From: Candidatus Eiseniibacteriota bacterium
Lineage (GTDB): Bacteria > Eisenbacteria > RBG-16-71-46
Reading direction: 5' to 3'
DNA length: 64,000 nt
Assembly (NCBI GenBank): GCA_038231135.1
Contig: JBBRLX010000004.1
Location: 32,001-96,000 of the forward strand
This document shows positions 1 to 11,664 of this stretch, piece after piece (the first letter of the stretch is position 1; each line of letters begins with the position of its first letter). Both the position numbers and the translations under genes were made by a program. Below the pieces are notes generated by a model that had not been told where the DNA came from, searched no databases, and was given only the letters and a program-made list of their open reading frames with translations.

Positions 1-1158
<1,158 letters not shown>

Positions 1159-1168
1159 GGGCAGTCCA

Positions 1169-1762
1169 TCATCGATGCGGTGAAACGACGCGCGCCAGAC
1201 TCAGCAAACGCGAGCTGATGGCGAGGTGGGCGTGATCCGCGCCCGCCGGGTTGATTTCGAAGCGGATGCGATTGTCCTCGACGGTCAGGCCGATGATGCC
1301 GCCCTGGCGGGCGAAATCATTCGTGTCGCCGACCGTCAGCACCGGGAGCGCCTGCACGTCGTCGAGCACCTGCTTGCGTTCGTCGCGGTCGGAAGTCGCG
1401 ACGAACAGGATCTGACAGGGTGCCCGGTCGTGCACCTTGCGCCAGCGCCGGATCGCGATCTGCCGCCCGCCCACGGTCTTGCCCGCGAGCGTCCGTTCGA
1501 GAGCCTTGCCGAACGGGTCGTCGCCGACAATGCCGACCGTGAACGGCGCGTCGGGCGATGCGAACGATCCGGCCGGCCAGGTCACGAACTTGGCGAAGTT
1601 GAACAGCAGCGCCGCCTTTACTTCGTATTCGCTGGGTCCATCGGCCGCATGCGACGGGGCCGCGGCGGCGCACGCCCCGGACACGGCGCACAGCGCGATC
1701 AGGAGGGCAGACCGCACCCAGGGCCTGGGCTGTCGATGGGGTGTCACGACGCGCTGACTCAC
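1169..1762 (-). CDS. YfiR/HmsC family periplasmic protein (DUF4154)
   Basis: Signal peptide, then [19 protein letters not shown]...VLTVGD...GGII...RFEIN...ISSRLLSLA, typical YfiR motifs. Confidence 0.9.
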   Translation of the reverse strand: MSQRVVTPHRQPRPWVRSALLIALCAVSGACAAAAPSHAADGPSEYEVKAALLFNFAKFVTWPAGSFASPDAPFTVGIVGDDPFGKALERTLAGKTVGGRQIAIRRWRKVHDRAPCQILFVATSDRDERKQVLDDVQALPVLTVGDTNDFARQGGIIGLTVEDNRIRFEINPAGADHAHLAISSRLLSLARVVSPHR

Positions 1763-1764
1763 GA

Positions 1765-3906
1765 CTAGCGGTTCGACCCTAACAGGACCGAGACCCGGGC
1801 CGTGAAGCTGCGTTCGACCTGGGTGGGAATGAGGCCGGACTGCACACCATCATCCTCGTAGTGCCGGCGCTGGAGCAGGTTCATTCCCATCAAGCTCAGT
1901 TCGGCGCCGTCGCGGACCTGCCACGCCAGTCCGAGATCGAGCCGCGTATAGCCGGGCATGCTCTGGGAGGGTCGCCGCCCGATCTGGTAGGCGGTGGCAT
2001 CCCACCGCCAGCGGGGCGTGAACTGGAACTGGGACTGCAGCATGTACTGCTGGGCGGGCTCGTTGTTCTCGCCGCTGACCGAGCTCACGTCCTGGCTGCC
2101 CGGATCCAGATGGAGGCGCATCACGAGGCACGAGGCGTTGGCATTCAGCTTCCAGTTGCGGCTGACGCTCCAGGCGATCGACCCGCCAATTCCCCGCGTG
2201 TCGCCGTGCATCTTGTTCTCCCACGACTCGCGGACGTCGATGTGCGGAGTCGGCGTCGGCGAGAACGTCGACGAACCGGGCTCGACCGTCCGGAGCCGGC
2301 TGTATTCGTTGTAGTAGCTGCTGACGTCGAACATCACGGCGGGTGTGGGCGCGAATCGGTAGCCGGCCTCATAGGCAACGAGGATCTCGGATTGAAACGC
2401 CGAATCCCCGTAAATCGTCACCTCTGCCGGCGGCCCTCCGGTCGGCATGGTGGCGAGGTGGTAGCGAATGTCGTTCTCGGCGCGGGAGGGTGTGCGCACG
2501 GCCCTCGACACGGCTCCCCACAACGAGTGGCGTTCGCCCGGAGACCATTGCGCGCGTATCGACGGCTGCCATTCCGGGCGAGCCGAGGAGGCCGCGTCGT
2601 AAGAGCTCTCGACACGGGTGCCCAACGTCAGCCGCACGTGCCGGTTGTCGAGCACGATCTCGTCCTGGGCGAACGCGCTCAACATCGACCGTGCTTCGTG
2701 ATCGGGAGCGAAGTACAGCACCGCCGTGCTGTCCAGCCGGTCGCGAACGACGCGACCGCCCAAACCCCAGACGAACTCGCTGCGACCGTTCGAGACATGG
2801 TTCTTGAACTCGAGGTCGTAGGTCTCGACGTGGGACTGCAGCACGTCGTCGTTGCGATCGCTGACGTCCGTGTAGCCCTGGAGCGTGATGTCGGAGTATG
2901 CCGACAGTTTGCGCTGCCAGCTGGCCATCAGGTTGCCGCCCTTCACGGTCGTGCGGGGCGAGACCTGAAGCTTGTAGGGCGGCGAGTCGATCGCCTCGTA
3001 GATGGATTGACCGGCGTCGCCACTACGCAGGTCACCCGTCAGCGTCCACCGCGTGCGGTCCGAGACCGGTACGTCGGCGCGGAACCCGGCGTGAAGTCCG
3101 CTCCAGGAATCCCACGCGTTCTCGGCGGTTCCGGGTATGGCGGAACCCGCGCGACTCGCGCCCCGCGCGAATACGCGGAATGCGCCCCGCGTCCCCAGCG
3201 TCCCTCCCCAGCGCGCGGAACCGCCGCCGAGCTCCTCGTTGCCGGCGGCGGCGCCGAGCGCCGCGCCCCGGGTGTCGTGGGCGTCCCGGGTGATCACGTT
3301 GATGACGCCATTCATCGCATTGGCGCCCCACACCGACGCGCCGGGGCCGCGGATCACCTCGATGCGTTCGATGTCCTCGAGCAGCAGGTCCTGCTCATCC
3401 CAGTAGACCCCAGCGAAGATCGGCGAGTAGACGCTGCGACCGTCCACAAGCAGCAGCAGCTTGTTCGCGATGCGGCCGCTGAAGCCGCGCGCACTGATCG
3501 ACCAGATGTTGGCGTCGATGTGCGCGACCTGCATCTCCGGCACCATCCGCAGCACTTCGGCCAGCGTGGTCGCACCCGAAGCGCGGATCTGGTCCCGGCC
3601 GATCACGGTGATCGCCGAGGCCACGTTCGAGAGCACCTGCTCGTGGCGCGAGGCGGAGGTTACCTCGAGTTTCATCAGGTCTTCGAGGCCGATTCGCGTA
3701 AGGTCGGAAGCGTCTTCGACCGTGTCCGTTGCGGCTGCGGCGACCGGCATACCGATCGCGCAATGCGGCGCGACGACGACGGCGGCGGCGGCAAGCAGGA
3801 ATGCGCTCAGCAGGCCCCACGCGGTCGCGCGGGAAGGCATATCGAACGGGGTCGCGGCCTGCACGCGCGCAACCGGCGGCGGCCCGCCGACGTTCCAACG
3901 ATTCAT
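1765..3906 (-). CDS. TonB-dependent receptor (plug plus barrel)
   Basis: LEDLMKLEVTSAS; plug motif IERIEVIRGPGASVWGANAMNGVINVIT; C-terminal barrel strands. Start codon uncertain. Confidence 0.92.
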   Translation of the reverse strand: MNRWNVGGPPPVARVQAATPFDMPSRATAWGLLSAFLLAAAAVVVAPHCAIGMPVAAAATDTVEDASDLTRIGLEDLMKLEVTSASRHEQVLSNVASAITVIGRDQIRASGATTLAEVLRMVPEMQVAHIDANIWSISARGFSGRIANKLLLLVDGRSVYSPIFAGVYWDEQDLLLEDIERIEVIRGPGASVWGANAMNGVINVITRDAHDTRGAALGAAAGNEELGGGSARWGGTLGTRGAFRVFARGASRAGSAIPGTAENAWDSWSGLHAGFRADVPVSDRTRWTLTGDLRSGDAGQSIYEAIDSPPYKLQVSPRTTVKGGNLMASWQRKLSAYSDITLQGYTDVSDRNDDVLQSHVETYDLEFKNHVSNGRSEFVWGLGGRVVRDRLDSTAVLYFAPDHEARSMLSAFAQDEIVLDNRHVRLTLGTRVESSYDAASSARPEWQPSIRAQWSPGERHSLWGAVSRAVRTPSRAENDIRYHLATMPTGGPPAEVTIYGDSAFQSEILVAYEAGYRFAPTPAVMFDVSSYYNEYSRLRTVEPGSSTFSPTPTPHIDVRESWENKMHGDTRGIGGSIAWSVSRNWKLNANASCLVMRLHLDPGSQDVSSVSGENNEPAQQYMLQSQFQFTPRWRWDATAYQIGRRPSQSMPGYTRLDLGLAWQVRDGAELSLMGMNLLQRRHYEDDGVQSGLIPTQVERSFTARVSVLLGSNR

Positions 3907-4275
3907 GATGGCTCCTCGATCGAATGGCGACTCGGGGAGCCGAAATAGCGCGGCCTATGCACTCCCGTCAGGTTACGTTGGGGGTATCGGCCCAGCGGGC
4001 GCGAAGAACCATGCGCGTTCATCAGCGAGCGTCAACTTCGCGACAACTTCCTGACCACGGCGCCTCGTTCCCCGCGTTCACGCTGCGTCCATCGGGCGTC
4101 TCGGTTGAAACGAAGGCCACTTCGGGACGAGTTCCCGGCGGCTCGCGGAGCGCGGGGCGCGCCCAGGGCGAGACGATCCCTGCGTACCGGACGCACCGTT
4201 CGCCTGCTAGACTGCGCCACGCAATCCACCGCCACCGCTCCAGTCCCAATTCGACCGCATCACCTCGAGGAGCTC

Positions 4276-7200
4276 ATGAAGCCGCAGCTCGCCGCCCTTG
4301 CAGCCGTGTGTGCCGGTGCCCTGATTGTCACGAGCTTGACCCACGCGGTTCCCGCCACGAGCCCGGCTCCGCACCCGACGCCGCACGCGGCCCCGGCGCA
4401 TGTCCGCATGGCCTCGGGCAGCGATACGCTGTTCAAGGCCTCGACGTTCGAGGGTCTCGCGTTCCGCAGCATCGGCCCCGCGGTCAATTCGGGGCGCGTG
4501 GTCGACATCGCGGTGGCGCCGAACGACAAGTACACCTGGTACATCGCGGTCGCGTGCGGCGGCATCTGGAAGACAACCAACGCCGGCACCACATGGGATC
4601 CGGTGTTCGACCACGAGAAGTCGTTCTCGACCGGCTGCGTGGCGATCGACCCCCGCCATCCGCTCACAGTGTGGGTGGGGTCCGGCGAGAACAACAGCCA
4701 GCGCAGCGTCGCGTACGGCGACGGCGTCTACAAGTCCCTGGACGGCGGCCGGCACTGGAAGAACGTCGGACTCCAGAGCTCGGAACACATCGGCAAGATC
4801 CTGATCGACCCGCGCAACTCCGACATCGTGTACGTCGCGTCGCAGGGGCCGCTGTGGAACACCGGGGGGGAGCGCGGTCTCTACAAGACGACGGACGGCG
4901 GGAAGACGTGGAACCGCGTGCTCGCGATCGATGACCGCACCGGCGTCGCCGACATTGCATTCGATCCGCGCGACCCCGACGTGATCTACGCGGCCGCCTA
5001 CGAGCGGCACCGACGGGTATGGACGCTGATCGGCGGCGGACCGGGCTCGGGGCTGCACAAGAGCACCGACGGCGGGAAGACGTGGACCAGGCTCACCAAC
5101 GGCCTGCCCAAGGACGACCTGGGGCGCATCGGCATCGCGGTGTCGCCGGTAAATCCCGACTACGTGTACGCGCTGGTCGAGGCGGCCGGCAAGACCGGCG
5201 GGGCGTACCGATCCACCGACGGCGGCGGCACGTTCGAGAGGATGAGCGACTATCAGACGACGGGCGGGCAGTACTACGAGGAGCTGGTCGCCGACCCGAA
5301 GACGCTCGATCGCGTGTATTCCATGGACACGTTCATGCAGGTGACGAACGACGGCGGCAAGTCGTGGCATCGGGCGGGAGAGAAGTTCAAGCACGTCGAC
5401 AACCACGCGATCTGGATCGACCCCGACGACACCGACCACCTGCTGGTGGGCTGCGACGGCGGGCTCTACGAGAGCTTCGACCGCGCGACGACGTGGAACT
5501 TCAAGGCGAACCTGCCCATCACCCAGTTCTATCGTGTCTCGGTCGACAACGCGCTGCCGTTCTACAATGTGTACGGCGGCACGCAGGACAACAACTCGCT
5601 GGGCGGCCCGTCGCGGACCACGAACCAGCACGGCATCCGCAATTCCGACTGGTTCGTCACGATGGGCGGCGACGGCTTCCAGAGCCAGGCCGATCCCGAG
5701 GATCCCAACACGGTCTACGCCGAGGCCCAGTATGGCGAACTGGACCGGTTCGACCGCGCGACCGGCGAGAAGGTGATGATCCAGCCGCAGCCCGGCCCCG
5801 ACGAGGATCCGCAGCGCTGGAACTGGGATTCGCCGCTGATCATCAGCCCTCATTCGCACACCCGCCTGTACTTCGCGTCGCAGCGGCTGTGGCGCAGTGA
5901 CGACCGCGGCGACTCGTGGCGCGCGGTGAGCCCGGATCTGACGCGCAAGCTCGATCGGAACCGGTTTTCGGTCGCGAACCGCATGTGGAGCGTCGACGAG
6001 GTCGCGAAGAACGCCTCGACATCGTTCTACGGCAACCTGGTGTCGATCGCCGAGTCACCGCAGCAGGAGGGACTGCTGTATCTCGGCACCGACGACGGGC
6101 TCGTGCAGGTCAGCGAGGACGGCGGCGCCCACTGGCGGCGGACCGAGCGGTTCCCCGGCGTTCCCGATCGCACGTACGTGTCGCGGCTGTCCGCGTCGGA
6201 GCACGATGCGAACGTCGTGTACGCAGCGTTCGACAACCATAAGAACGGCGACTTCAAGCCCTACGTGCTGAAGAGCGCCGATCGCGGCCGGAGCTGGAGC
6301 TCGATCGCCGGCAACCTGCCGGCGCGCGGCACGGTGTACTGCGTGATCGAGGATCCGGTCGACGCCAAGCTGCTGTTCGCGGGCACCGAGTTCGGCGCGT
6401 TCTTCTCGGCCGACGGCGGCCGCCGCTGGAGCCAGCTCAAGGGCGGGATGCCGACGATCCAGGTGCGCGACATCGTCGTCCAGAAGCGCGAGAACGACCT
6501 CGTGATCGCCACGTTCGGGCGCGGATTCTACGTGCTCGACGACATCACGCCGCTGCGCACCGTCACGGGTGACCAGCTCGCCAGTGATGCCGCGCTGTTC
6601 CCGGTTGCGAACGCGCGGATGTACGTGCCGGACTCGCCGCTCGGCGGGCGCGAGAAGTCGCAGCAGGGACACGCGCTCTACGAAGCGCCGAATCCACCGT
6701 TCGGCGCGACCTTCACGTATTACTTGAAGCGTGATCTCAAGACTCGCAAGAAGCTGCGCGTCGAGCAGGAGCGCGCCGAGATCGAGAAGAAGCGCGACGT
6801 CTACTACCCGTCCTGGGACAGCCTCAAGACCGAGGACCGCGAGGAGGACCCGGCGATCGTGCTGACGGTGGCCGACGAGGAGGGCCACGTCGTGCGCACC
6901 CTCACCGGCCCCGCGACGGCGGGGTTCCAGCGCGTCGCCTGGGACCTGCGCTATCCGGCGCCGGATCCGGTGCGTCTCAAGGCGCCCGAAGAGTTGTCGC
7001 CGTTCAACGATCCCCCGTTCGGTCCGATGGCGGCTCCCGGCAGCTACCTCGTGACGCTGTCGAAGCGCGTGGACGGGAAACTCGCTCCGCTCGCAGGCCC
7101 GGTCAAGTTCACCGCCACTCCGCTCGGCAGCTCGACCGTGCCGCTCGCGAATCGCACCGAGTCGCTGGAGTTCGAGCGCCGGACCGCCCGGCTTCAGCGC

Positions 7201-7626
7201 GCGGTGCTGGGCGCCACCCAGGTCGCCGAGGAGACCCGGACACGCCTCGCCACCCTCAAGAAGGGGATCGACGAGACCCCGGGCGCGGCTCCCGAGCTCG
7301 CGGCGCGCGTCAGGAGCCTCGAGGGCCGGCTGGAGGATATGATCGCGGAGCTGTCGGGCGATCCGGTGCGCGCCAAGCGCAACGAGCCGACGCTGCCCGG
7401 CATCGCGGATCGGGTGGGCCGCATCATCGACAGCCACTGGCGTTCGAGCGGACTGCCGCCGGCGACCGCGCGGAGCGACTACGACATCGCGTCCACGCAG
7501 TTCGGCAAGACGCTCGCGAAGCTGCGCGAGCTCGTTGATACCGACCTCGTGAAGCTCGAGGCGGACGCCGAATCCGCGGGCACGCCCTGGACGCCGGGCC
7601 GGCTGCCGACCTGGAGCGGCGAATAG
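4276..7626 (+). CDS. Secreted VPS10/sortilin-like BNR-repeat beta-propeller protein (glycosyl hydrolase-like)
   Basis: GAGGAG RBS before ATG 4276; signal peptide; FRSIGP..SGR and many SxDGGxTW Asp-box repeats; C-terminal coiled coil. Confidence 0.88.
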   Translation: MKPQLAALAAVCAGALIVTSLTHAVPATSPAPHPTPHAAPAHVRMASGSDTLFKASTFEGLAFRSIGPAVNSGRVVDIAVAPNDKYTWYIAVACGGIWKTTNAGTTWDPVFDHEKSFSTGCVAIDPRHPLTVWVGSGENNSQRSVAYGDGVYKSLDGGRHWKNVGLQSSEHIGKILIDPRNSDIVYVASQGPLWNTGGERGLYKTTDGGKTWNRVLAIDDRTGVADIAFDPRDPDVIYAAAYERHRRVWTLIGGGPGSGLHKSTDGGKTWTRLTNGLPKDDLGRIGIAVSPVNPDYVYALVEAAGKTGGAYRSTDGGGTFERMSDYQTTGGQYYEELVADPKTLDRVYSMDTFMQVTNDGGKSWHRAGEKFKHVDNHAIWIDPDDTDHLLVGCDGGLYESFDRATTWNFKANLPITQFYRVSVDNALPFYNVYGGTQDNNSLGGPSRTTNQHGIRNSDWFVTMGGDGFQSQADPEDPNTVYAEAQYGELDRFDRATGEKVMIQPQPGPDEDPQRWNWDSPLIISPHSHTRLYFASQRLWRSDDRGDSWRAVSPDLTRKLDRNRFSVANRMWSVDEVAKNASTSFYGNLVSIAESPQQEGLLYLGTDDGLVQVSEDGGAHWRRTERFPGVPDRTYVSRLSASEHDANVVYAAFDNHKNGDFKPYVLKSADRGRSWSSIAGNLPARGTVYCVIEDPVDAKLLFAGTEFGAFFSADGGRRWSQLKGGMPTIQVRDIVVQKRENDLVIATFGRGFYVLDDITPLRTVTGDQLASDAALFPVANARMYVPDSPLGGREKSQQGHALYEAPNPPFGATFTYYLKRDLKTRKKLRVEQERAEIEKKRDVYYPSWDSLKTEDREEDPAIVLTVADEEGHVVRTLTGPATAGFQRVAWDLRYPAPDPVRLKAPEELSPFNDPPFGPMAAPGSYLVTLSKRVDGKLAPLAGPVKFTATPLGSSTVPLANRTESLEFERRTARLQRAVLGATQVAEETRTRLATLKKGIDETPGAAPELAARVRSLEGRLEDMIAELSGDPVRAKRNEPTLPGIADRVGRIIDSHWRSSGLPPATARSDYDIASTQFGKTLAKLRELVDTDLVKLEADAESAGTPWTPGRLPTWSGE

Positions 7627-10179
7627 ATGACGGGCGTGCGCCTGTTGGTTCCACGGAAGCTCGCGGCCGCGATTCGCGCCGCCGTGCTGCTCGCCCTAGT
7701 CGCCACCGCCGTCGCCGCGGCGGCTTCGACCGCCACCCGACCCGTGCCGCATGGGCAGCACGTACCGCTCACCGCCGGCGCGCGCCCTGCGCCGGGCGAC
7801 CTCGCCGCACACGTGCCGCGCGCGCAGCCCGGCCCCGCGGGCCGGGGCCGCGTGCGTCTGCCGAACGGCTGGTACCTGTCGCCGTCGGGCCGGCAGGTGG
7901 CGGTGGGTGATTTTCCGATGGGACTCGCCGTCAGTCCCGATGGCCGGTTCGCGGCCGTGACTCACAGCGGCTGGCATGCCCGGGGCCTCGACCTCGTCGA
8001 CCTGCGCTCGGGCACACGCATCATGACCGTGCCGCTCAAGGACACCTGGCTCGGCGTGACGTTCTGCGACGCCGGCCGCATGCTCGCGGTGGCGGCCGGC
8101 ACCACGAATCGCGTGCGGCTCTACACCATGACGGACGGCCGCGCGACGTTCGCCGACACGATCGTCGTGGGCCCGCCATGGTCCGCGGGCGGCCAGTATC
8201 CGCAGGGGAAGCACCTCGACTACGGACCGGGCGCGATCTGGAGCACCGGGCTGGCGGCCGACGACGCACGCGGACGGCTGTACGCCGTGTCACGCCTCGA
8301 CTCGGCGCTCAACGTGCTCGACTTGGGGCAGCGCAGGATGCAGCGCCGCGTTCCGCTCGGCGCCGTGCCCTATACGTGTCTCGCCTCGCGCGATGGCGCC
8401 CGTGTCTATGTGTCGCTGTGGAGCGCCGCCCGCGTCGCGGTCGTGGACGCCGTCACGTTCGAGGTGCGCCGCACGATCGCGGTGGGCGCCCATCCCACCG
8501 ATCTCGCCGAGACCCCCGACGGCCGCCGGATCTTCGTCGCGAACGCGAACGAGAATACCGTGTCGGTGGTCGATCTCGCCGCCGGCCGCACCGTCGAGAC
8601 GCTGCGCACCTCGCGCGACCCGCACGAGCCGGCCGGGACCACGCCGAACGGCCTCGCCCTGGACGCCCTGGGCCGGCGGTTGTACGTCGCGAACGCCGGG
8701 GCCAATCACGTCGCCGTGTTCGACGTCCGCCGGCCCGGAGCGTCGCGGTCGATCGGCTTCGTGCCGGTGGGCTGGTATCCGACGGGAATCCGTCTCGTGC
8801 CCGGGCGGCACGCGCTGGTGGTGACGAACGGCAAGGGTGGGGGCTCCGCGCCGAGCACGGGCGGTGACCCAGACACCGCGGCATGGTGCAACTACATCTC
8901 GTACAGCCCGTCCTCGCGCGGCAGCCTGTCGCTGCTGCCCGAACCCGACCCGGCGTCGCTGGCCACCGCCACGCGCCGCGTGCTCGCGAACACGCCGCCG
9001 GTGCGGCTACGCGGCCGCACGCCGCGGCCGCCGATCCGCCACGTGTTCTACATCCTCAAGGAGAACCGCTCGTACGATCAGGTGCTCGGCGATATGCCGC
9101 AGGGCGCCGGTGATTCGTCGCTGTGTCTGTTCGGCGCACGCGTGACCCCCAACCACCATGCGCTGGCGCGCGAGTTCGTGCTGCTCGACAACACCTATTG
9201 CGATTCGGACGGCAGCGCCGACGGCCACAACTGGGGCATGGGCGCCTACGCCACCGACTACGTCATCAAGGGCGAGCCGAACAACCCGATCTATGATTTC
9301 GAAGGCGGCAATCCGCTCGCGTATCCCCAGGCCGGCTACCTGTGGGACCTGTGCGCGCGGCACGGCGTGTCGTATCGCAGCTACGGCGAATTCGTGTTCA
9401 ACGGGCCGACCCACGGCGACACCGTGACGGCCGGCATGGCGGGGCTGGCCGGCCACATCGCGCCGCGCTATCTCGGCTTCGACATGAGCTACTCCGACCT
9501 CGACCGGCAGCGCGCGTGGCTCGAGGAGTTCGACCGCTTCGATCGCGACGGCGGCCTGCCGCAGCTCAGCATCATCCGGCTGCCGAACGATCATTCCGAG
9601 GGCACGTGCAGCGGCCGTCCGACGCCGCGCGCCCACGTGGCGGAGAACGACCTCGCGCTGGGGCTGATCGTCGAACGCATCAGCCACAGCCGCTACTGGA
9701 GGAACTCGTTGATCCTCGTGATCGAGGACGACGCTTCGAACGGGCAGGACCACGTCGACGGCCACCGCACCGTGGCGCTCGCCGCGGGACCGTACGTGAA
9801 ACGCGGCGTGATCGACAGCGGCCTGTACACGAACTGCAGCGTGCTCCGCTGCATCGAGGACGTGTTCGGGCTGCCGCCGATGTCGCAGTTCGACGCCCGT
9901 GCCAACGGGCTCGAGGGCATCTTCCGCACGACCCCCGACCTGGCCCCGTTCACGCACCGCGCGGCACTGGTGGACGTCGACGAGCGGAATCTGGCGGGTG
10001 CGTTCGGGCAGGCGGACAGCGACGCGATGAACTTCCGGGTCGCGGACGACGTCCCCAACGACGTGCTCAACGCGATCCTGTGGCACTCGGTGCGCGGGGT
10101 TCAGGCGCCGCTGCCGCCGGTCGTGCGCAGCGGCTTCACGCTGGGCGCGGGCCACGCGGCGGCCGATGACGACGAGTGA
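7627..10179 (+). CDS. Secreted YVTN/YncE beta-propeller fused to a phosphoesterase (alkaline-phosphatase-superfamily) domain
   Basis: VANANENTVSVVD and PVGWYP propeller repeats; HVFYILKENRSYDQVLGD, SADGHNW, LPNDH and IEDD...DHVD motifs. Start abuts the upstream stop. Confidence 0.85.
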   Translation: MTGVRLLVPRKLAAAIRAAVLLALVATAVAAAASTATRPVPHGQHVPLTAGARPAPGDLAAHVPRAQPGPAGRGRVRLPNGWYLSPSGRQVAVGDFPMGLAVSPDGRFAAVTHSGWHARGLDLVDLRSGTRIMTVPLKDTWLGVTFCDAGRMLAVAAGTTNRVRLYTMTDGRATFADTIVVGPPWSAGGQYPQGKHLDYGPGAIWSTGLAADDARGRLYAVSRLDSALNVLDLGQRRMQRRVPLGAVPYTCLASRDGARVYVSLWSAARVAVVDAVTFEVRRTIAVGAHPTDLAETPDGRRIFVANANENTVSVVDLAAGRTVETLRTSRDPHEPAGTTPNGLALDALGRRLYVANAGANHVAVFDVRRPGASRSIGFVPVGWYPTGIRLVPGRHALVVTNGKGGGSAPSTGGDPDTAAWCNYISYSPSSRGSLSLLPEPDPASLATATRRVLANTPPVRLRGRTPRPPIRHVFYILKENRSYDQVLGDMPQGAGDSSLCLFGARVTPNHHALAREFVLLDNTYCDSDGSADGHNWGMGAYATDYVIKGEPNNPIYDFEGGNPLAYPQAGYLWDLCARHGVSYRSYGEFVFNGPTHGDTVTAGMAGLAGHIAPRYLGFDMSYSDLDRQRAWLEEFDRFDRDGGLPQLSIIRLPNDHSEGTCSGRPTPRAHVAENDLALGLIVERISHSRYWRNSLILVIEDDASNGQDHVDGHRTVALAAGPYVKRGVIDSGLYTNCSVLRCIEDVFGLPPMSQFDARANGLEGIFRTTPDLAPFTHRAALVDVDERNLAGAFGQADSDAMNFRVADDVPNDVLNAILWHSVRGVQAPLPPVVRSGFTLGAGHAAADDDE

Positions 10180-10236
10180 CGAAACCTTGAGCGGGCGGGC
10201 GGGCCATGGGCTCGAAGCCGGCCGCGCTGCCGCCGC

Positions 10237-10986
10237 TCAGCTCGCTTCGTCGATGATGACCGGGTCGTCCTGTTCCGCGAGGCGGGGGAGGTCCTCGAAC
10301 GCCAGTTGATGGCCGGAGCGCGCGGCCTTGGTCTCGAGGTAGAACCGGTTCCACTCCGTCGCCGGGATGATGTGCGGGATGCGGCCCGTGACCTTGATGC
10401 CGAGCTGTTCGAGCTGCAGGATCTTGTTGGGGTTGTTCGTCATCAACCGGATCGAGCCGATGTTGAGGCTCGCGATCATGTGCGCCGCGACGGCGTAGTC
10501 GCGCTCGTCGTCACGAAATCCGAGCGCGAGGTTGGCATCGACGGTGTCGAGCCCGCGATCCTGCAGGGCGTAGGCGCGGATCTTGTTGATCAGGCCGATG
10601 CCCCGACCCTCCTGGCGCATGTACAGCACCATCCCGCGCTCCATGGTGGCGATGTGGCGCAGCGCCACCTCGAGCTGGTCGCGGCAATCGCACCGCATCG
10701 AACCGATCACGTCGCCCGTGAGGCATTCGGAGTGGAGCCGGACCGGCAGGTCCTCGGCGCCCATCACGTCGCCGTGGACCAGCGCGACGTGTTCCTTGGC
10801 GTCCCGGTTGTTCCAGAACGCGATGATCCGGAAGTTTCCGAACCGGCTCGGGAGGTTCGCGACGGCCTCCACCCTGACGCACACGTGATGGGCGCCAAAG
10901 CCGCTGCAGTCGTGGTCCCGGTCGCGCTCGACCAGGTCGTCGAGCGTCGCAACCCGGGGGATCCCGGAGCATGGCGGTTGGGTCAT
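10237..10986 (-). CDS. ribA: GTP cyclohydrolase II
   Basis: VRLHSECLTGD..GSMRCDC, RQEGRGIGL, AY.LQD.GLDTV.AN, LMTNNP.K. Start placed at ATG 10986. Confidence 0.95.
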   Translation of the reverse strand: MTQPPCSGIPRVATLDDLVERDRDHDCSGFGAHHVCVRVEAVANLPSRFGNFRIIAFWNNRDAKEHVALVHGDVMGAEDLPVRLHSECLTGDVIGSMRCDCRDQLEVALRHIATMERGMVLYMRQEGRGIGLINKIRAYALQDRGLDTVDANLALGFRDDERDYAVAAHMIASLNIGSIRLMTNNPNKILQLEQLGIKVTGRIPHIIPATEWNRFYLETKAARSGHQLAFEDLPRLAEQDDPVIIDEAS

Positions 10987-11088
10987 GCGCATGACTGTAT
11001 CACGCATGGGCACTGCGGCCAGGCGCCGGCCCACGGTGGGCTGCGGACCCGTTGCGGGTTCCGCGGCGCGGTCAGCGATCGCGCGCGG

Positions 11089-11664
11089 TCATCCGTGTCC
11101 GGGCTTCTTGTCCTTCCCGGTGCGCGGCCGCTCGAAGTGTGCAATCAGAGTCTGGAATCGCGCGTCGGATCGCAGCGGATCGAGATCGCCGTCGGTCCAC
11201 ACCTGGCTTTGAATCTCGAACCCGGCGTTGGCCGCCTGCGCCAGCCAGCGCAGCGCGCCGCCCACGTCGCCGGTCCGCGCCGCGGAGCACGCCAGATTGT
11301 AGCGGGTGGTCGGTCGCCGGTAGCCGGGCGCCAGCGCCCGAGAGAACGCAGCCGTGCCCGCATCGCCATCCCGGGTCCGCAACTGCGCATAGCCGAGATT
11401 GAACCACGCGCGCCCGGCGTCCGGGTGCCGCTGCGCGACCCCTTCGAAGTGCGGCACGCCGCGCCGCCAGCCGGAGCGATCGTCGTCGGACCGGAACGGC
11501 TCGAGGGACAGGTCGCGGGCCAGCGCGATCATCCGCCCGAAGCGCGGGTCGCGGTGCAGGTTGTCGAGGTCCGAGTCCTGCTCCGTGTGGTCCGGATTCC
11601 CCGAGCCCTCGCGGATCGAGCGCTCGAGCCCCTCGAACGCGCCGTCCAGGCCGGGGGCGGTCAA
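11089..11664 (-). pseudogene. TPR-like protein ('YNLAC...DxDLD.LR.D.RF' modules), probably 5'-truncated
   Basis: One complete module (YNLACSAARTGD...DGDLDPLRSDARF) is preceded by only the second half of another (LDGAFEGLERSI...DSDLDNLHRDPRF). No signal peptide or clear RBS. Confidence 0.55.

Noticed and set aside
3980..4015. GCCGATA (sigma28-like -10) on the minus strand upstream of the TonB receptor
   Set aside because: No TAAA/TCAAG-like -35 element at the expected spacing.
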